From the IMG/VR virus record IMGVR_UViG_3300031787_000118, positions 1-62,190 of that record: a stretch of DNA of 62,190 bases, one strand, 5' to 3'. Source of the stretch: a virus. Lineage: Duplodnaviria; Caudoviricetes. Every line of letters begins with the position of its first letter. Position 1 is the first letter of the stretch. This document shows positions 1-8,524 of this stretch, one piece after another. Below the pieces are notes generated by a model. It was not told the DNA's origin. It searched no databases and worked only from the letters and a program-made list of their open reading frames with translations. The position numbers and the translations under genes are program-made.

Positions 1-212
1 CATTTAGTAAACTCTGTAGTCCATGATTCAATAATAGGATTAAAAGGAACTGTAATTAACACTTTGTGTTTTGCAGTAATTTTTTTAAGTGCATCACATA
101 CAATTTTACTTTTTCCTACTCTTGGTGCAATATGGATTATTCCATTAAAATCAGTACTGATTATGGAATTTGTTGCTTGTTCTTGTACAATTTGCCTACG
201 TGTTAATTGCAT
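1..212 (-). CDS. SF2 (DEAD/DEAH-like) helicase, N-terminal part, runs off window start
   Basis: Own translation from ATG at 212: MQLTRRQIVQEQATNSIISTDFNGIIHIAPRVGKSKIVCDALKK...VLITVPFNPIIESW. It shows a Q-motif-like start, Walker A variant APRVGKS and motif Ia (ITVP). Overlaps the polymerase stop. Confidence 0.75.
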   Translation of the reverse strand, partial: MQLTRRQIVQEQATNSIISTDFNGIIHIAPRVGKSKIVCDALKKITAKHKVLITVPFNPIIESWTTEFTK

Positions 213-2118
213 TTATTACTTTGTTTACTTCGTTAAGGTAATAAGTTAAGTTTATTTTTTCTTTTATTTCTTCAAGATTTACATTTCTTAAATCATTGAG
301 TACTATACATTTCCAACCTGCTTCTATTTCTGATTCCCTCCACTTATCAGGTTTCTTTTCAAGTGGTGGCATTATCTTTATAAGAGAATTTCCATCTTGT
401 TCATTTGCGACAATATACCTTACTGTTTTTTGTAAAAGAATATCTTCAGTTGCTGTTCTAAGTACAAGTTGGTGTTGTTTTTGAATCTTTGCTCTTAAAC
501 AAAAATCCATTATTCCATTTTTTTCAAGATATGAATTAAGAAATTCAATTGGATTTGTACCATAAATAAAATAGTCATTAATAGCTTCTTGTACTACTAA
601 TGCACTATGATTTTCATGTAACTCCAACTCTTTCTTAGTTTTAAAAGCTGCACCTTTTCTTTTTACTTTACCATTTGTATAAACAGCAAGGTAATTAGAT
701 ACATCTTTAATTATCATCTTAGAATAATGTGCAGTTTCAAGAGTAAGAGAAGTTAACTCTTGCCACCATTTTATAATATCTTCAACTATGTACACATTAC
801 TTTTATGTACTCTAATAGTGACACCATCTGTATTAGCTTGTAAAAGTTGAGATATTTCCATAAGTTGTTCAGCTAACATAACTATAAGTAATTGACCATT
901 AATGGTTATACTCATAGTGTACTTAGGGTCATAGAAAACACTAAACTTAGAGTTAGATTTACCATAAGCACCATTAAGTTCTAACTTTATAGAAGTATTG
1001 AGTATTGAACCTTTAGGATATTTACCTCTTTCATAGTATCTATCTTCATAAATATCACAAAATTCTACTCCTAAATGTTCAGGGAATAATTTATTTTTAA
1101 TTGCAAGATTAGGATAAAATGATGAAACATCAATGTCTATAATTTCATGTTCATCATCTATTTCATATACTCCTGGTTCAATACAAGCATGGATTCCTCC
1201 AGTACCAAATACAAACTTTATTCCTTGATGTACAATATTAAGATTCTTTTGTACACCTTTAGTTTTTTGCACTTGATAACATCCATCAATTACTTCTAAT
1301 TCTTCAAATGGTATTTCACTAAATACTTTGTATGTACCTTTAATTACTTTTGATTTAAAATAAGTTAGTAAGTTAGTAAAACATTGGTTTTGAAAAGTAA
1401 TATAAGGAAATACAATTTCTCCAATATTTATTGATTCTCTTGGTGTTTTAAGATTTACTTTATCTCCTAACTTTTCTTTAAGTTGAAATGTAAAAGATTT
1501 TTCACCAAGTTTAGGAGAATCAAATGACATCATATCAAGATTGTACTTAATACTTAATTCTCTTCTAAAGTCCAAAGCTTCTATACTTTTATTGTATAGA
1601 ATTTCTGTGGCTTCAATATCATTCCAACAATAACTTATTACTTCATCCATTCTCTCAACAGGTATTGGTTTACTCCAATCCACATGTAATTCTTGAATGT
1701 TTGGCATTTGAAATGCAAACTCTAAATCTTTGAGTGATGTCCACTTTGCATCATTGTTAAAATGATGAAGCAAGAATAAATCTACATGAAGTACATTTGG
1801 CAAAGCTAATCTTTTTTGAAATCTACTGTAATTTTCATCACTAATTAATTTATCTGAATGATGTTTTAAAGTACTGCATAACATATTAGGTTTTAGTGAT
1901 TTATTTAGTAATAGTTTTTGTATTACTTTACCATCATAGTTTATACAGTTAAATCCATATAGTTCTTTAGGTTCTAATAACCACTCAATAAATTCTTTAG
2001 TTTGTACTTTTCTTTGAGATATTTCAAAACATATTTCTTCTTTTGTATCTATGTTTCTTGCACAAAATAAAAACATGTTTAATAATACTTCAATGTCATA
2101 TATAAATTTTTGCTTCAT
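196..2118 (-). CDS. polB: Family B DNA polymerase with 3'-5' exonuclease
   Basis: Exo motifs YDIE, GFNCINYD, YCWND; polymerase motifs DVSSFYP, KxxLNGAYGK, NTDG. ATG at 2118 (MKQKFIYDIE) preferred over the track start at 2157, which lies inside a terminator hairpin. Confidence 0.93.
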   Translation of the reverse strand: MKQKFIYDIEVLLNMFLFCARNIDTKEEICFEISQRKVQTKEFIEWLLEPKELYGFNCINYDGKVIQKLLLNKSLKPNMLCSTLKHHSDKLISDENYSRFQKRLALPNVLHVDLFLLHHFNNDAKWTSLKDLEFAFQMPNIQELHVDWSKPIPVERMDEVISYCWNDIEATEILYNKSIEALDFRRELSIKYNLDMMSFDSPKLGEKSFTFQLKEKLGDKVNLKTPRESINIGEIVFPYITFQNQCFTNLLTYFKSKVIKGTYKVFSEIPFEELEVIDGCYQVQKTKGVQKNLNIVHQGIKFVFGTGGIHACIEPGVYEIDDEHEIIDIDVSSFYPNLAIKNKLFPEHLGVEFCDIYEDRYYERGKYPKGSILNTSIKLELNGAYGKSNSKFSVFYDPKYTMSITINGQLLIVMLAEQLMEISQLLQANTDGVTIRVHKSNVYIVEDIIKWWQELTSLTLETAHYSKMIIKDVSNYLAVYTNGKVKRKGAAFKTKKELELHENHSALVVQEAINDYFIYGTNPIEFLNSYLEKNGIMDFCLRAKIQKQHQLVLRTATEDILLQKTVRYIVANEQDGNSLIKIMPPLEKKPDKWRESEIEAGWKCIVLNDLRNVNLEEIKEKINLTYYLNEVNKVINAINT

Positions 2119-2135
2119 AAGTTTACAAATGGTTA

Positions 2136-2186
2136 AAAAGAAAAAAAGGAAAACCAAATCATCAGTAAAGATAATTCAGTTTTCCT
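2136..2186 (-). terminator. Long hairpin plus U-tract between the 201-aa gene and the polymerase
   Basis: Minus strand AGGAAAACTGAATTATC-TTTACT-GATGATTTGGTTTTCCT pairs fully only with G-U wobbles on this strand; followed by TTTTTTCTTTTT. Confidence 0.7.
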
Positions 2187-2207
2187 AAAATTTACACACT
2201 TATCATT

Positions 2208-2813
2208 TTACAATCCTTGGTCTGCATAAATGCTTGCACCATTCATTTCTTCAATCAATTCTTGAGAAGCATACATTTCACCATTACCTCTCAAATCAAT
2301 GTCTTCAGTAGCTTCCTTTTTCCAAACATTAACTTTGTATTGGATTCTACCTGAACCATCCAAAATTAACTGTCCAGCATTATCACTGTTGCTACCATAT
2401 CTGATAGCTTGACTGTTTGCAAAACTATCAAGTGTAGTCAAACCACTATTAATTGCTTGTTTCTGATTATCATTCAGAATTGGAGCATTAGATGTGATTT
2501 GTTGAATACATTGATTAGGATGTTTTGCCAACATTTCCTTTACTTTTGCTTCAGTGTAATCACTTGGTACAAGTAACCAAGCAACTCTTGTACTTGTGTT
2601 GCTAAATGATTGCTCTTCAGCACCAAATGTAGAATCATCTACAAGAGCATCCTGCAAATCACTATTGTATTTCTTTCCTGCATAATAACTTGTAGTAGTA
2701 ATAACTTGCTTTACTTCTACAGTTTTTGAACCTTGTTTTTGTTTTTCAGCCTTGTAAAGGCGGCTAAAAGTAACTTTTCCTTTTTTCGTGCTAATTCTTG
2801 TTGCGTTACTCAT
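2208..2813 (-). CDS. Hypothetical replication-module protein (possibly ssDNA-binding)
   Basis: 201-aa ORF next to the polymerase with an acidic C-terminal region; function inferred from context only. Confidence 0.6.
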   Translation of the reverse strand: MSNATRISTKKGKVTFSRLYKAEKQKQGSKTVEVKQVITTTSYYAGKKYNSDLQDALVDDSTFGAEEQSFSNTSTRVAWLLVPSDYTEAKVKEMLAKHPNQCIQQITSNAPILNDNQKQAINSGLTTLDSFANSQAIRYGSNSDNAGQLILDGSGRIQYKVNVWKKEATEDIDLRGNGEMYASQELIEEMNGASIYADQGL

Positions 2814-2865
2814 GGTTGTTTAATTTAAAATGTTTAAAAATGGTATATTAATTTGATTATTTACA

Positions 2866-2894
2866 TAAAAAAAGAGTTGTATTTCTACAACTCT
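2866..2894 (-). terminator. GAAA-loop intrinsic terminator
   Basis: Minus strand AGAGTTGTA-GAAA-TACAACTCT then a T-run. Confidence 0.7.
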
Positions 2895-3033
2895 CTAAAC
2901 CTAAAAACTCTATGAAAAAAACTTATTGTTAAATGAAAAAATAGCTTTGAGTTTCTGTTAACGAGTTACACCCATCATATTATTTCTCAAAGCTATTAAC
3001 TAACTAAAAACCAAAACTATCAAAAATGTATAT

Positions 3034-3122
3034 TGGTACTCCAAGAGGGATTTGAACCCTCACAATCTTTTCAGATTACAGGATTTTAAGTCCTGCGTGT
3101 ATACCTGTTCCACCATTGAAGC
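3034..3122 (-). tRNA. tRNA-Leu(TAA), CCA encoded
   Basis: Minus strand GCTTCAATGGTGGAACAGGTATACACGCAGGAC-TTAAAA-TCCTG...long variable arm...GGGTTCAAATCCCTCTTGGAGTACCA; anticodon TAA. Confidence 0.93.
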
Positions 3123-3290
3123 ATAAGAATTGGGTATATTTCTATACCCAATTAAATTGACAATAAACGTAACCCCACGTTACCCTATGAACTTTTTGTT
3201 TTAATCTTAAATTAAATAATCTCATTACACGCCAAACAGTAATGATTCTTCAGATTTAGCCTTTAAATAATTATTTAATTTTTGTTTTAG

Positions 3291-3363
3291 TATTCCCATC
3301 AGGACTCGAACCTGAAACCTACAACTTAGAAGGTTGTTGCTCTTCCAATTGAGCTATGGAAAC
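3291..3363 (-). tRNA. tRNA-Arg(TCT), CCA not encoded
   Basis: Minus strand GTTTCCATAGCTCAATTGGAAGAGCA-ACAAC-CTTCTAA-GTTGT-AGGTTTCAGGTTCGAGTCCTGATGGGAATA; anticodon TCT. Confidence 0.92.
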
Positions 3364-3421
3364 TGAACCTCTCCACAAATATAATTCTTTTTTTGTTTTT
3401 CATAGAATTATAAGGAAAAAT

Positions 3422-3456
3422 TGTCAAAACTAAGGGGGGGTGTTGAGGGGAAGGAC
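3422..3456 (-). promoter_or_regulatory. 35-bp repeated early-region motif, copy 1 (candidate phage RNAP promoter) upstream of the tRNAs
   Basis: Plus strand TGTCAAAACTAAGGGGGGGTGTTGAGGGGAAGGAC aligns without gaps to four other intergenic copies. Confidence 0.65.
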
Positions 3457-3488
3457 TAATAAAAAATAAACTAAATCCTTTTACAGAT

Positions 3489-3686
3489 TTAGTTTAAATG
3501 AAAAACCATTAAAGATATTTCATTAGTTTTCTTTAATTCTTGTATAACACCACTAACATTTTCAGTTGTACCTATAACCATTGATTTAGGTATATGCTCT
3601 TTAATTACAAGTGCAGATGAATTCTCATTAGCAATTTGTAAAAGAATAAGTATTGGTTCATCAACTTTTATGTCTGTAGTTAACAT
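3489..3686 (-). CDS. Hypothetical protein
   Basis: ORF track 3489-3773; ATG at 3686 (MLTTDIKV) avoids the overlap with the upstream gene. Confidence 0.5.
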   Translation of the reverse strand: MLTTDIKVDEPILILLQIANENSSALVIKEHIPKSMVIGTTENVSGVIQELKKTNEISLMVFHLN

Positions 3687-3702
3687 AGTTATTTGTTTTC
3701 TT

Positions 3703-3963
3703 TTACGTTGTTTGAGGATTATCAGTATTAAACACACAATCGTCATCAGCATTAAGATTAATGTTGTTATCATCTATCCACTTTTTTAATATGCTTTTGT
3801 TATTATACTTTCCAACAAAAATACTAAGAGAAGAGTTTTCTCCTCTTAGTATTATTACATCTTTTTTTGGAGAATTAACAACTAAATCTCCAAACATCTT
3901 TTTCATGCAAGAATCACTTGCCTTATACTTTTCATTCCCCATTTCTTTGTTGTGGTTGTGCAC
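3703..3963 (-). CDS. Hypothetical protein
   Basis: ORF in a tightly packed minus-strand run; start may be 3942. Confidence 0.5.
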   Translation of the reverse strand: MHNHNKEMGNEKYKASDSCMKKMFGDLVVNSPKKDVIILRGENSSLSIFVGKYNNKSILKKWIDDNNINLNADDDCVFNTDNPQTT

Positions 3964-4186
3964 TTAATGTATCATCCATTTTATCAATACTTAAAGATAA
4001 GAATATTCTAAGAATTTTTCTAAAAATATCTAATTCTTTATAAATGATAATTCCATGTAATCCACCAATTGTTAACACACTATCTCCTACATGTAACATT
4101 GGAAGATAAATTGCAGATTCTACAACATTAGAATCATAAGATTCTATGATACTGTCATCAGCTCCATTTATAATTTCTATTTTCAT
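3932..4186 (-). CDS. Hypothetical protein
   Basis: 84-aa ORF with an ATGA overlap with the upstream gene. Confidence 0.55.
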   Translation of the reverse strand: MKIEIINGADDSIIESYDSNVVESAIYLPMLHVGDSVLTIGGLHGIIIYKELDIFRKILRIFLSLSIDKMDDTLSAQPQQRNGE

Positions 4187-4365
4187 TTGAGATTTCTTTT
4201 AATTTTTACAAATGTTGCACCCATAAGTATAGGCCATATTGCAAAATGTAATGGAAAAAGAACTATGAAAGAAACTAATATTTCAAGAAAACTTGGTTTT
4301 TTCCAATCAATTTCACCAATTGTCATTCCAAGTGCAACTAATACTGAAAATAATAAATATGTCAT
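4183..4365 (-). CDS. Small membrane protein (two hydrophobic segments)
   Basis: 60 aa, hydrophobic N-terminal and central segments, basic C-terminus. Confidence 0.6.
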   Translation of the reverse strand: MTYLLFSVLVALGMTIGEIDWKKPSFLEILVSFIVLFPLHFAIWPILMGATFVKIKRNLK

Positions 4366-4367
4366 AA

Positions 4368-4637
4368 TTATGGTTTTTTCAATGATTTAAAATAGTTATT
4401 TACAAATACTGCTTGTTCATTACTTAATTCAACACAAGCATGTATAATTTCTTTGTTTTCTTCAAATTTTCTGAGATTATGATTTTCTAAAAATCTCATT
4501 TGTAATTGGGTATAGCAATATAATAAATTAGCTTTAATTACTGCTTTAGTACATCCCTCAACTGCTCCTGAATCTATAGATTTCTTTATGTTTCCATAAC
4601 ATTCATCTAAGAATTCTTCTATTTCTTGTTTGCTCAT
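4368..4637 (-). CDS. Hypothetical protein
   Basis: 89-aa ORF in operon-like packing. Confidence 0.6.
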   Translation of the reverse strand: MSKQEIEEFLDECYGNIKKSIDSGAVEGCTKAVIKANLLYCYTQLQMRFLENHNLRKFEENKEIIHACVELSNEQAVFVNNYFKSLKKP

Positions 4638-4723
4638 CTTTGTCCTGCTCCAGTCTTAATTTGTGTTTGAGAAGGTGCTTCTTGTCCTGTAGTGGTTTCT
4701 CCACCATTATTCTGAATATTCAT
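4634..4723 (-). CDS. 29-aa microprotein MNIQNNGGETTTGQEAPSQTQIKTGAGQR
   Basis: Fills the gap; its TGA overlaps the ATG of the next gene (ATGA). Below the ORF-track cutoff. Confidence 0.5.
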   Translation of the reverse strand: MNIQNNGGETTTGQEAPSQTQIKTGAGQR

Positions 4724-4735
4724 AGTTGTTTGAAA

Positions 4736-5011
4736 TTAAAAAGTGTTACGAAAAAATGAAATTACTTCAACCCATTTAGATTCTTCTCTTGTTGTAGAAA
4801 TATCATATCCTTGAAAATACACATGATGTTTTCCAAGTATTGTTTCAACTTTCACATTACTCACTAACAAGTTATGTTTAGGTTCAACTTCATCACTCAC
4901 CATTATTTTATTTGTATCTAAATAATAGTCATAATGTATTGTTTTACCTACCCATTCATTGTGTAAAGCTTCTTGAATTAATTGCTCTACATTATATTTC
5001 TTTTTTCCCAT
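4736..5011 (-). CDS. Hypothetical protein
   Basis: 91-aa ORF. Confidence 0.6.
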   Translation of the reverse strand: MGKKKYNVEQLIQEALHNEWVGKTIHYDYYLDTNKIMVSDEVEPKHNLLVSNVKVETILGKHHVYFQGYDISTTREESKWVEVISFFRNTF

Positions 5012-5026
5012 AGTTTTATAAATTGA

Positions 5027-5052
5027 AAAGGGAATGATTTCTCATTCCCTTT
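5027..5052 (-). terminator. GAAA-loop hairpin
   Basis: Minus strand AAAGGGAATGA-GAAA-TCATTCCCTTT. Confidence 0.6.
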
Positions 5053-5063
5053 AATGTTACTAA

Positions 5064-5372
5064 TTAATTCTCTTGGAATTTTATGTCATAACTGTTTCTC
5101 ATTCCTGCATGTACAGGGTATGAGGTTTTGCCTTGTGTTTTGATATGAATGAAACTAAATTGTTTTTTAGCTTCATTAACAATTACTTGTTTCTTGCCTG
5201 CTCTTAGTTTACCAAACACATAATTGTTCAATTTCTTTAGTTGTTTGTTAGCATAGGATTTTTGTTTTCCTTTATTTACATATACAACTAAATCTTCTTG
5301 ATGAAGTAATTTAGCTTCTTCATTTGTTGCTCTGATTACAGCTCCTGTGCTTTTGAATTTGATGTTTTTCAT
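5064..5372 (-). CDS. Basic hypothetical protein
   Basis: 102 aa, Lys-rich. Confidence 0.6.
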   Translation of the reverse strand: MKNIKFKSTGAVIRATNEEAKLLHQEDLVVYVNKGKQKSYANKQLKKLNNYVFGKLRAGKKQVIVNEAKKQFSFIHIKTQGKTSYPVHAGMRNSYDIKFQEN

Positions 5373-5384
5373 GATTTGTTTTAA

Positions 5385-5687
5385 TTAAATAGTTTGTAAT
5401 AATTGTGTTTCTTCTATTTCTGCTGTAATGTCTTCATGAATATGTTCAAATCTCCATTCAGCAAATGAGAGTTCTCTTCTAATACCACCCAATGAAGGAA
5501 TGGTAAATGTAGGATTTCTTATCTCTTCAAGTAAATAAGAAACTACTAATCCATCATTGTCAAATGTTTCTCTAATGGTGTAAGTTTCTCCTTTTACAGG
5601 AAAAGATAATGGCAATCCTTTAGCTTCTCTTGTTAACTCTTCAATTACTTTTGAAAAGTTGTCATTAATACATTTTACTTTATTCAT
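5385..5687 (-). CDS. Hypothetical phage protein
   Basis: 100-aa ORF (VKCIND...GETYTIRE...LEEIRNP...FAEWRF). Confidence 0.65.
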   Translation of the reverse strand: MNKVKCINDNFSKVIEELTREAKGLPLSFPVKGETYTIRETFDNDGLVVSYLLEEIRNPTFTIPSLGGIRRELSFAEWRFEHIHEDITAEIEETQLLQTI

Positions 5688-6139
5688 TTAAACTCATGTG
5701 GTTTAATGTGAAATAATAGTGAGAATGTAACATTAGTATTTGCTTTTTGACTTTTCCATATCCAATCAAGTCCAAAGTTTAAATTAACTTCTAACTTATC
5801 TTTAAATATGTATCTACCTCCAGCAGTTACACCAGTTACAAAACTCTTATGTTTGTAAATGATATTTGACCAATTTACTGTTATCTCTTTGTTAGTGACA
5901 AAGTATTTTTGGTGTACATCAAATACACAATATCCCTTTTGCATTCCTATTCCCAATTTATAAAAATTAGGGAATACTCCAATGTGAGCACGTAGTAATT
6001 TGTAATCAATTCCTACAATAATTGCAGGTTTTGTTTCTTGTTCAACTCCGTAATCAATGCCTAATCCAAAATGAGGATTAACTTGTGCATTGCTAAACTG
6101 AACAATAAAAAGTGCTAATAAAATAATAATGTTTTTCAT
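5684..6139 (-). CDS. Signal-peptide protein, possible small outer-membrane beta-barrel
   Basis: Signal peptide MKNIIILLALFIVQFSNA-Q followed by alternating amphipathic strands (FGLGIDYG, IIVGIDY, LGIGMQ, VTAGGRY, LNFGLDW). Confidence 0.6.
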   Translation of the reverse strand: MKNIIILLALFIVQFSNAQVNPHFGLGIDYGVEQETKPAIIVGIDYKLLRAHIGVFPNFYKLGIGMQKGYCVFDVHQKYFVTNKEITVNWSNIIYKHKSFVTGVTAGGRYIFKDKLEVNLNFGLDWIWKSQKANTNVTFSLLFHIKPHEFK

Positions 6140-6444
6140 GTTAATGGTGGATTTTGTTGATTAAATTCATTGGTTAATTTCAAAATGTTTTGTAAAAGAT
6201 TTACTTGAGGGTCATAAACTGATTTTGCTTGTTCAAAACCATGAGTTTTTCCATGATTAAAATGATATTGTTGATTTGTTAATTCTTGATTTTTAAGAGG
6301 TTCTATAAATCTCAATACCTCTTTTAATGCTGTTTCATAAGTTTCTTGTCTTTTACCTCCAAATCTATTAGAAGTTGACATAAGTCTTTTGACTTCTTTT
6401 TCAATTGCTTCTATGATGCTGTTCATAATGTTAATTATTATCAA
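6136..6444 (-). CDS. Hypothetical protein
   Basis: About 100-aa ORF; start may be the internal MNSIIE. Confidence 0.55.
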   Translation of the reverse strand: MIIINIMNSIIEAIEKEVKRLMSTSNRFGGKRQETYETALKEVLRFIEPLKNQELTNQQYHFNHGKTHGFEQAKSVYDPQVNLLQNILKLTNEFNQQNPPLT

Positions 6445-6449
6445 AATTA

Positions 6450-6479
6450 AAAAATAAAGGGGAATATTTCTACTCCCCT
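6450..6479 (-). terminator. GAAA-loop intrinsic terminator
   Basis: Minus strand AGGGGAGTA-GAAA-TATTCCCCT then TTATTTTTT. Confidence 0.7.
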
Positions 6480-6484
6480 AATGA

Positions 6485-7231
6485 TTATGCTGCAATTTTA
6501 TTTTCTATGTGCCAATTTTCATCAATGATTGTGTTATTAACATAAATACAATCATCAATTTCATTGTATTCTCTTGATTGTCTAAGATAATGATTAAAAT
6601 TGAAAATTCTTTTAGTGTCAATATTGATAGCTACAGGGATTTCACAAAGTTCTTCAAATGCTCCCTTAAACATTTGATTCATTACAGGCCAATTACAATT
6701 TCTATTGTTAACTTGTTTTTTAAACATGTTAAGAAACATCAATTGAAAGAACATAAGTTTTGGCTCACTTTCTTGAAAATAATTTCCTTGTTCGGGAGTT
6801 GTGTAAAAATTGTTTTCTATTTCTTCAAAATACATAATTGTTCTTTGCAAACCTTTGTCAGAAGTTAATAAGAAAGTTTTCTTAGATATTAAAGTCCAAT
6901 CATCAGCATGTAAAAGTTCAAGGTCTTTAAAATCTTCAATACATCTTCTTTCTATTTTATTATCCCAAATAATAAGTAATTCAGGAATAACAAATACTCG
7001 TGCATCTTCATCATAAGTGTGATTAGCACTTTGCATTTTTAAAGTTCTTATTAATTCTTTATAACCTTTAGTTACAAGGTCAATTTGTAATTTTACATCT
7101 TTGTCTTCAGTTTTAATCATAAACATAAGGCAAAGGTATTGTCTAATAAATTCTGAAGCATTTCCAAAAATAGAAAATTGCATTAAGAAATTTAAGATTT
7201 CTTCTGTTGTAATTTTTTGATAGTTTTTCAT
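6485..7231 (-). CDS. Hypothetical protein
   Basis: 248-aa ORF, no recognised motif. Confidence 0.7.
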   Translation of the reverse strand: MKNYQKITTEEILNFLMQFSIFGNASEFIRQYLCLMFMIKTEDKDVKLQIDLVTKGYKELIRTLKMQSANHTYDEDARVFVIPELLIIWDNKIERRCIEDFKDLELLHADDWTLISKKTFLLTSDKGLQRTIMYFEEIENNFYTTPEQGNYFQESEPKLMFFQLMFLNMFKKQVNNRNCNWPVMNQMFKGAFEELCEIPVAINIDTKRIFNFNHYLRQSREYNEIDDCIYVNNTIIDENWHIENKIAA

Positions 7232-7394
7232 GGTTTTTTGAGTTTTATTTAGAGTTATTAAATTAGTTAAAAAACAATGTACGTGCTAAATTGTGGACGT
7301 TAGGCAACTATACACCAGCTGACTAACTATTTCTTTACATTGTTAAACAAATGGTTAGCTGCCAACTTTCAGGGCTGACTACATATAACCATTT

Positions 7395-7709
7395 TTACTT
7401 TTTGTTTTTATAATAATGTTGAACATTTTCTTTTCTTGTTAACCATTCTAAATTTGAACTGTTATTATTGAGTTTATTCCCATCCATATGGTTAACTGTA
7501 TCTTTGTTTTGTAAATTTTCACAAAAAGCTTTAGCTACTAAGATGTGAATTTTTACTTTTTTAACTTTACCTTTAATACTAATGTTACAATATAAATATC
7601 CTCTTTTATTTATATTACATTTTAATATTTTACCTTTTCTGTTTTTAAATCTGCCATAATTAGATATTTCATAATTATTAGATTCTTCAATGTTTTTCCA
7701 CTTTTCCAT
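7395..7709 (-). CDS. NUMOD4 + HNH homing-endonuclease-like protein
   Basis: N-terminal MEKWKNI...YEISNYGR (NUMOD4), then IHILVAKAF...VNHMDGNKLNNNSSNLEWLTRKENVQH (HNH). Confidence 0.88.
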   Translation of the reverse strand: MEKWKNIEESNNYEISNYGRFKNRKGKILKCNINKRGYLYCNISIKGKVKKVKIHILVAKAFCENLQNKDTVNHMDGNKLNNNSSNLEWLTRKENVQHYYKNKK

Positions 7710-7729
7710 ATGATAAATTTATTTTTTTA

Positions 7730-8452
7730 GAACCCTCTCTTACAACTATCCCCAAAGGAAACGATTTCTCTGTCATTGTAAGAGTAGGGTCACGTGATTA
7801 TTTCAATGATTTCGTTCTATCAATATTTCAGATAGTGCAGTACTTTCAACTATACATAATCACTTGCTGAGAACTCATTTGTGTTGTAGGGCTACTTGGC
7901 TTTCCCTCTTACCTATAGATTTTTATTCCTTTCTCAAGAGAACAACACATTCCAACTTTCATTGGACATCTTTAATGAATTTTGCTTACTTAGCTTACAG
8001 TAGAACTTTAATCCACTAACATGTTAAGGAATTACACCTTATTGCTGTAAGCTTACTTCTGTTCATTCAGGAATCAATGTTTAGCCTGTTTGTTTATTTT
8101 AACTTATTGTTTGGTATGCTGAATAACCAAGAACTACGTTTTAATATTACATGATTTTAATAATTTGTATAACAATATCAACTATGTTTCCCTATAGAAA
8201 ACTACAATCAATATTATTAGATGTTTGGACTTTTGTTATTTAGTAAAATAAAGGGAATGTTTTTCATTGACATTCCCTTTAAGTTTGAGCTTAACACTCT
8301 TTAATTTTAGAATTCGAGTTTGCTAATGCTCTGAGATTGTGGATTTACATTTCCAAAGCAATAAGGAAAACACCTTTAGTTTGTTTTATTTCCATAACAT
8401 TATTACACTAATACACCATGTCAAACTAATACGATAACTGTAATAATTTAAT
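7730..8452 (-). ncRNA. Putative structured non-coding RNA cluster
   Basis: No ORF of 60 aa or more. Consecutive closed stems at 7732-7790, 7794-7863, 7880-7948 (pseudoknot potential) and about 7975-8066; lies directly downstream of motif copy 2. Confidence 0.5.
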
Positions 8453-8487
8453 TGTCCAAAATAAGTGGGGGTGGAGAGGGAATGGAT
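8453..8487 (-). promoter_or_regulatory. 35-bp repeated early-region motif, copy 2
   Basis: Plus strand TGTCCAAAATAAGTGGGGGTGGAGAGGGAATGGAT. Confidence 0.65.
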
Positions 8488-8494
8488 GAAAAGA

Positions 8495-8524
8495 AAATAT
8501 AAAAGGATTTCTCCTTTTATATTT
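8495..8524 (-). terminator. GAAA-loop hairpin
   Basis: Minus strand AAATATAAAAGGA-GAAA-TCCTTTTATATTT followed by a T-rich tract. Confidence 0.6.

Noticed and set aside
2930-3290. Theta/HDV-like ribozyme at the tRNA 3' ends
   Set aside because: Trailers are AT-rich and I could not fit the nested double pseudoknot.
7270-8452. Group I intron carrying the HNH gene
   Set aside because: No interrupted host gene and no recognisable P7 (R/S) core on the coding strand.
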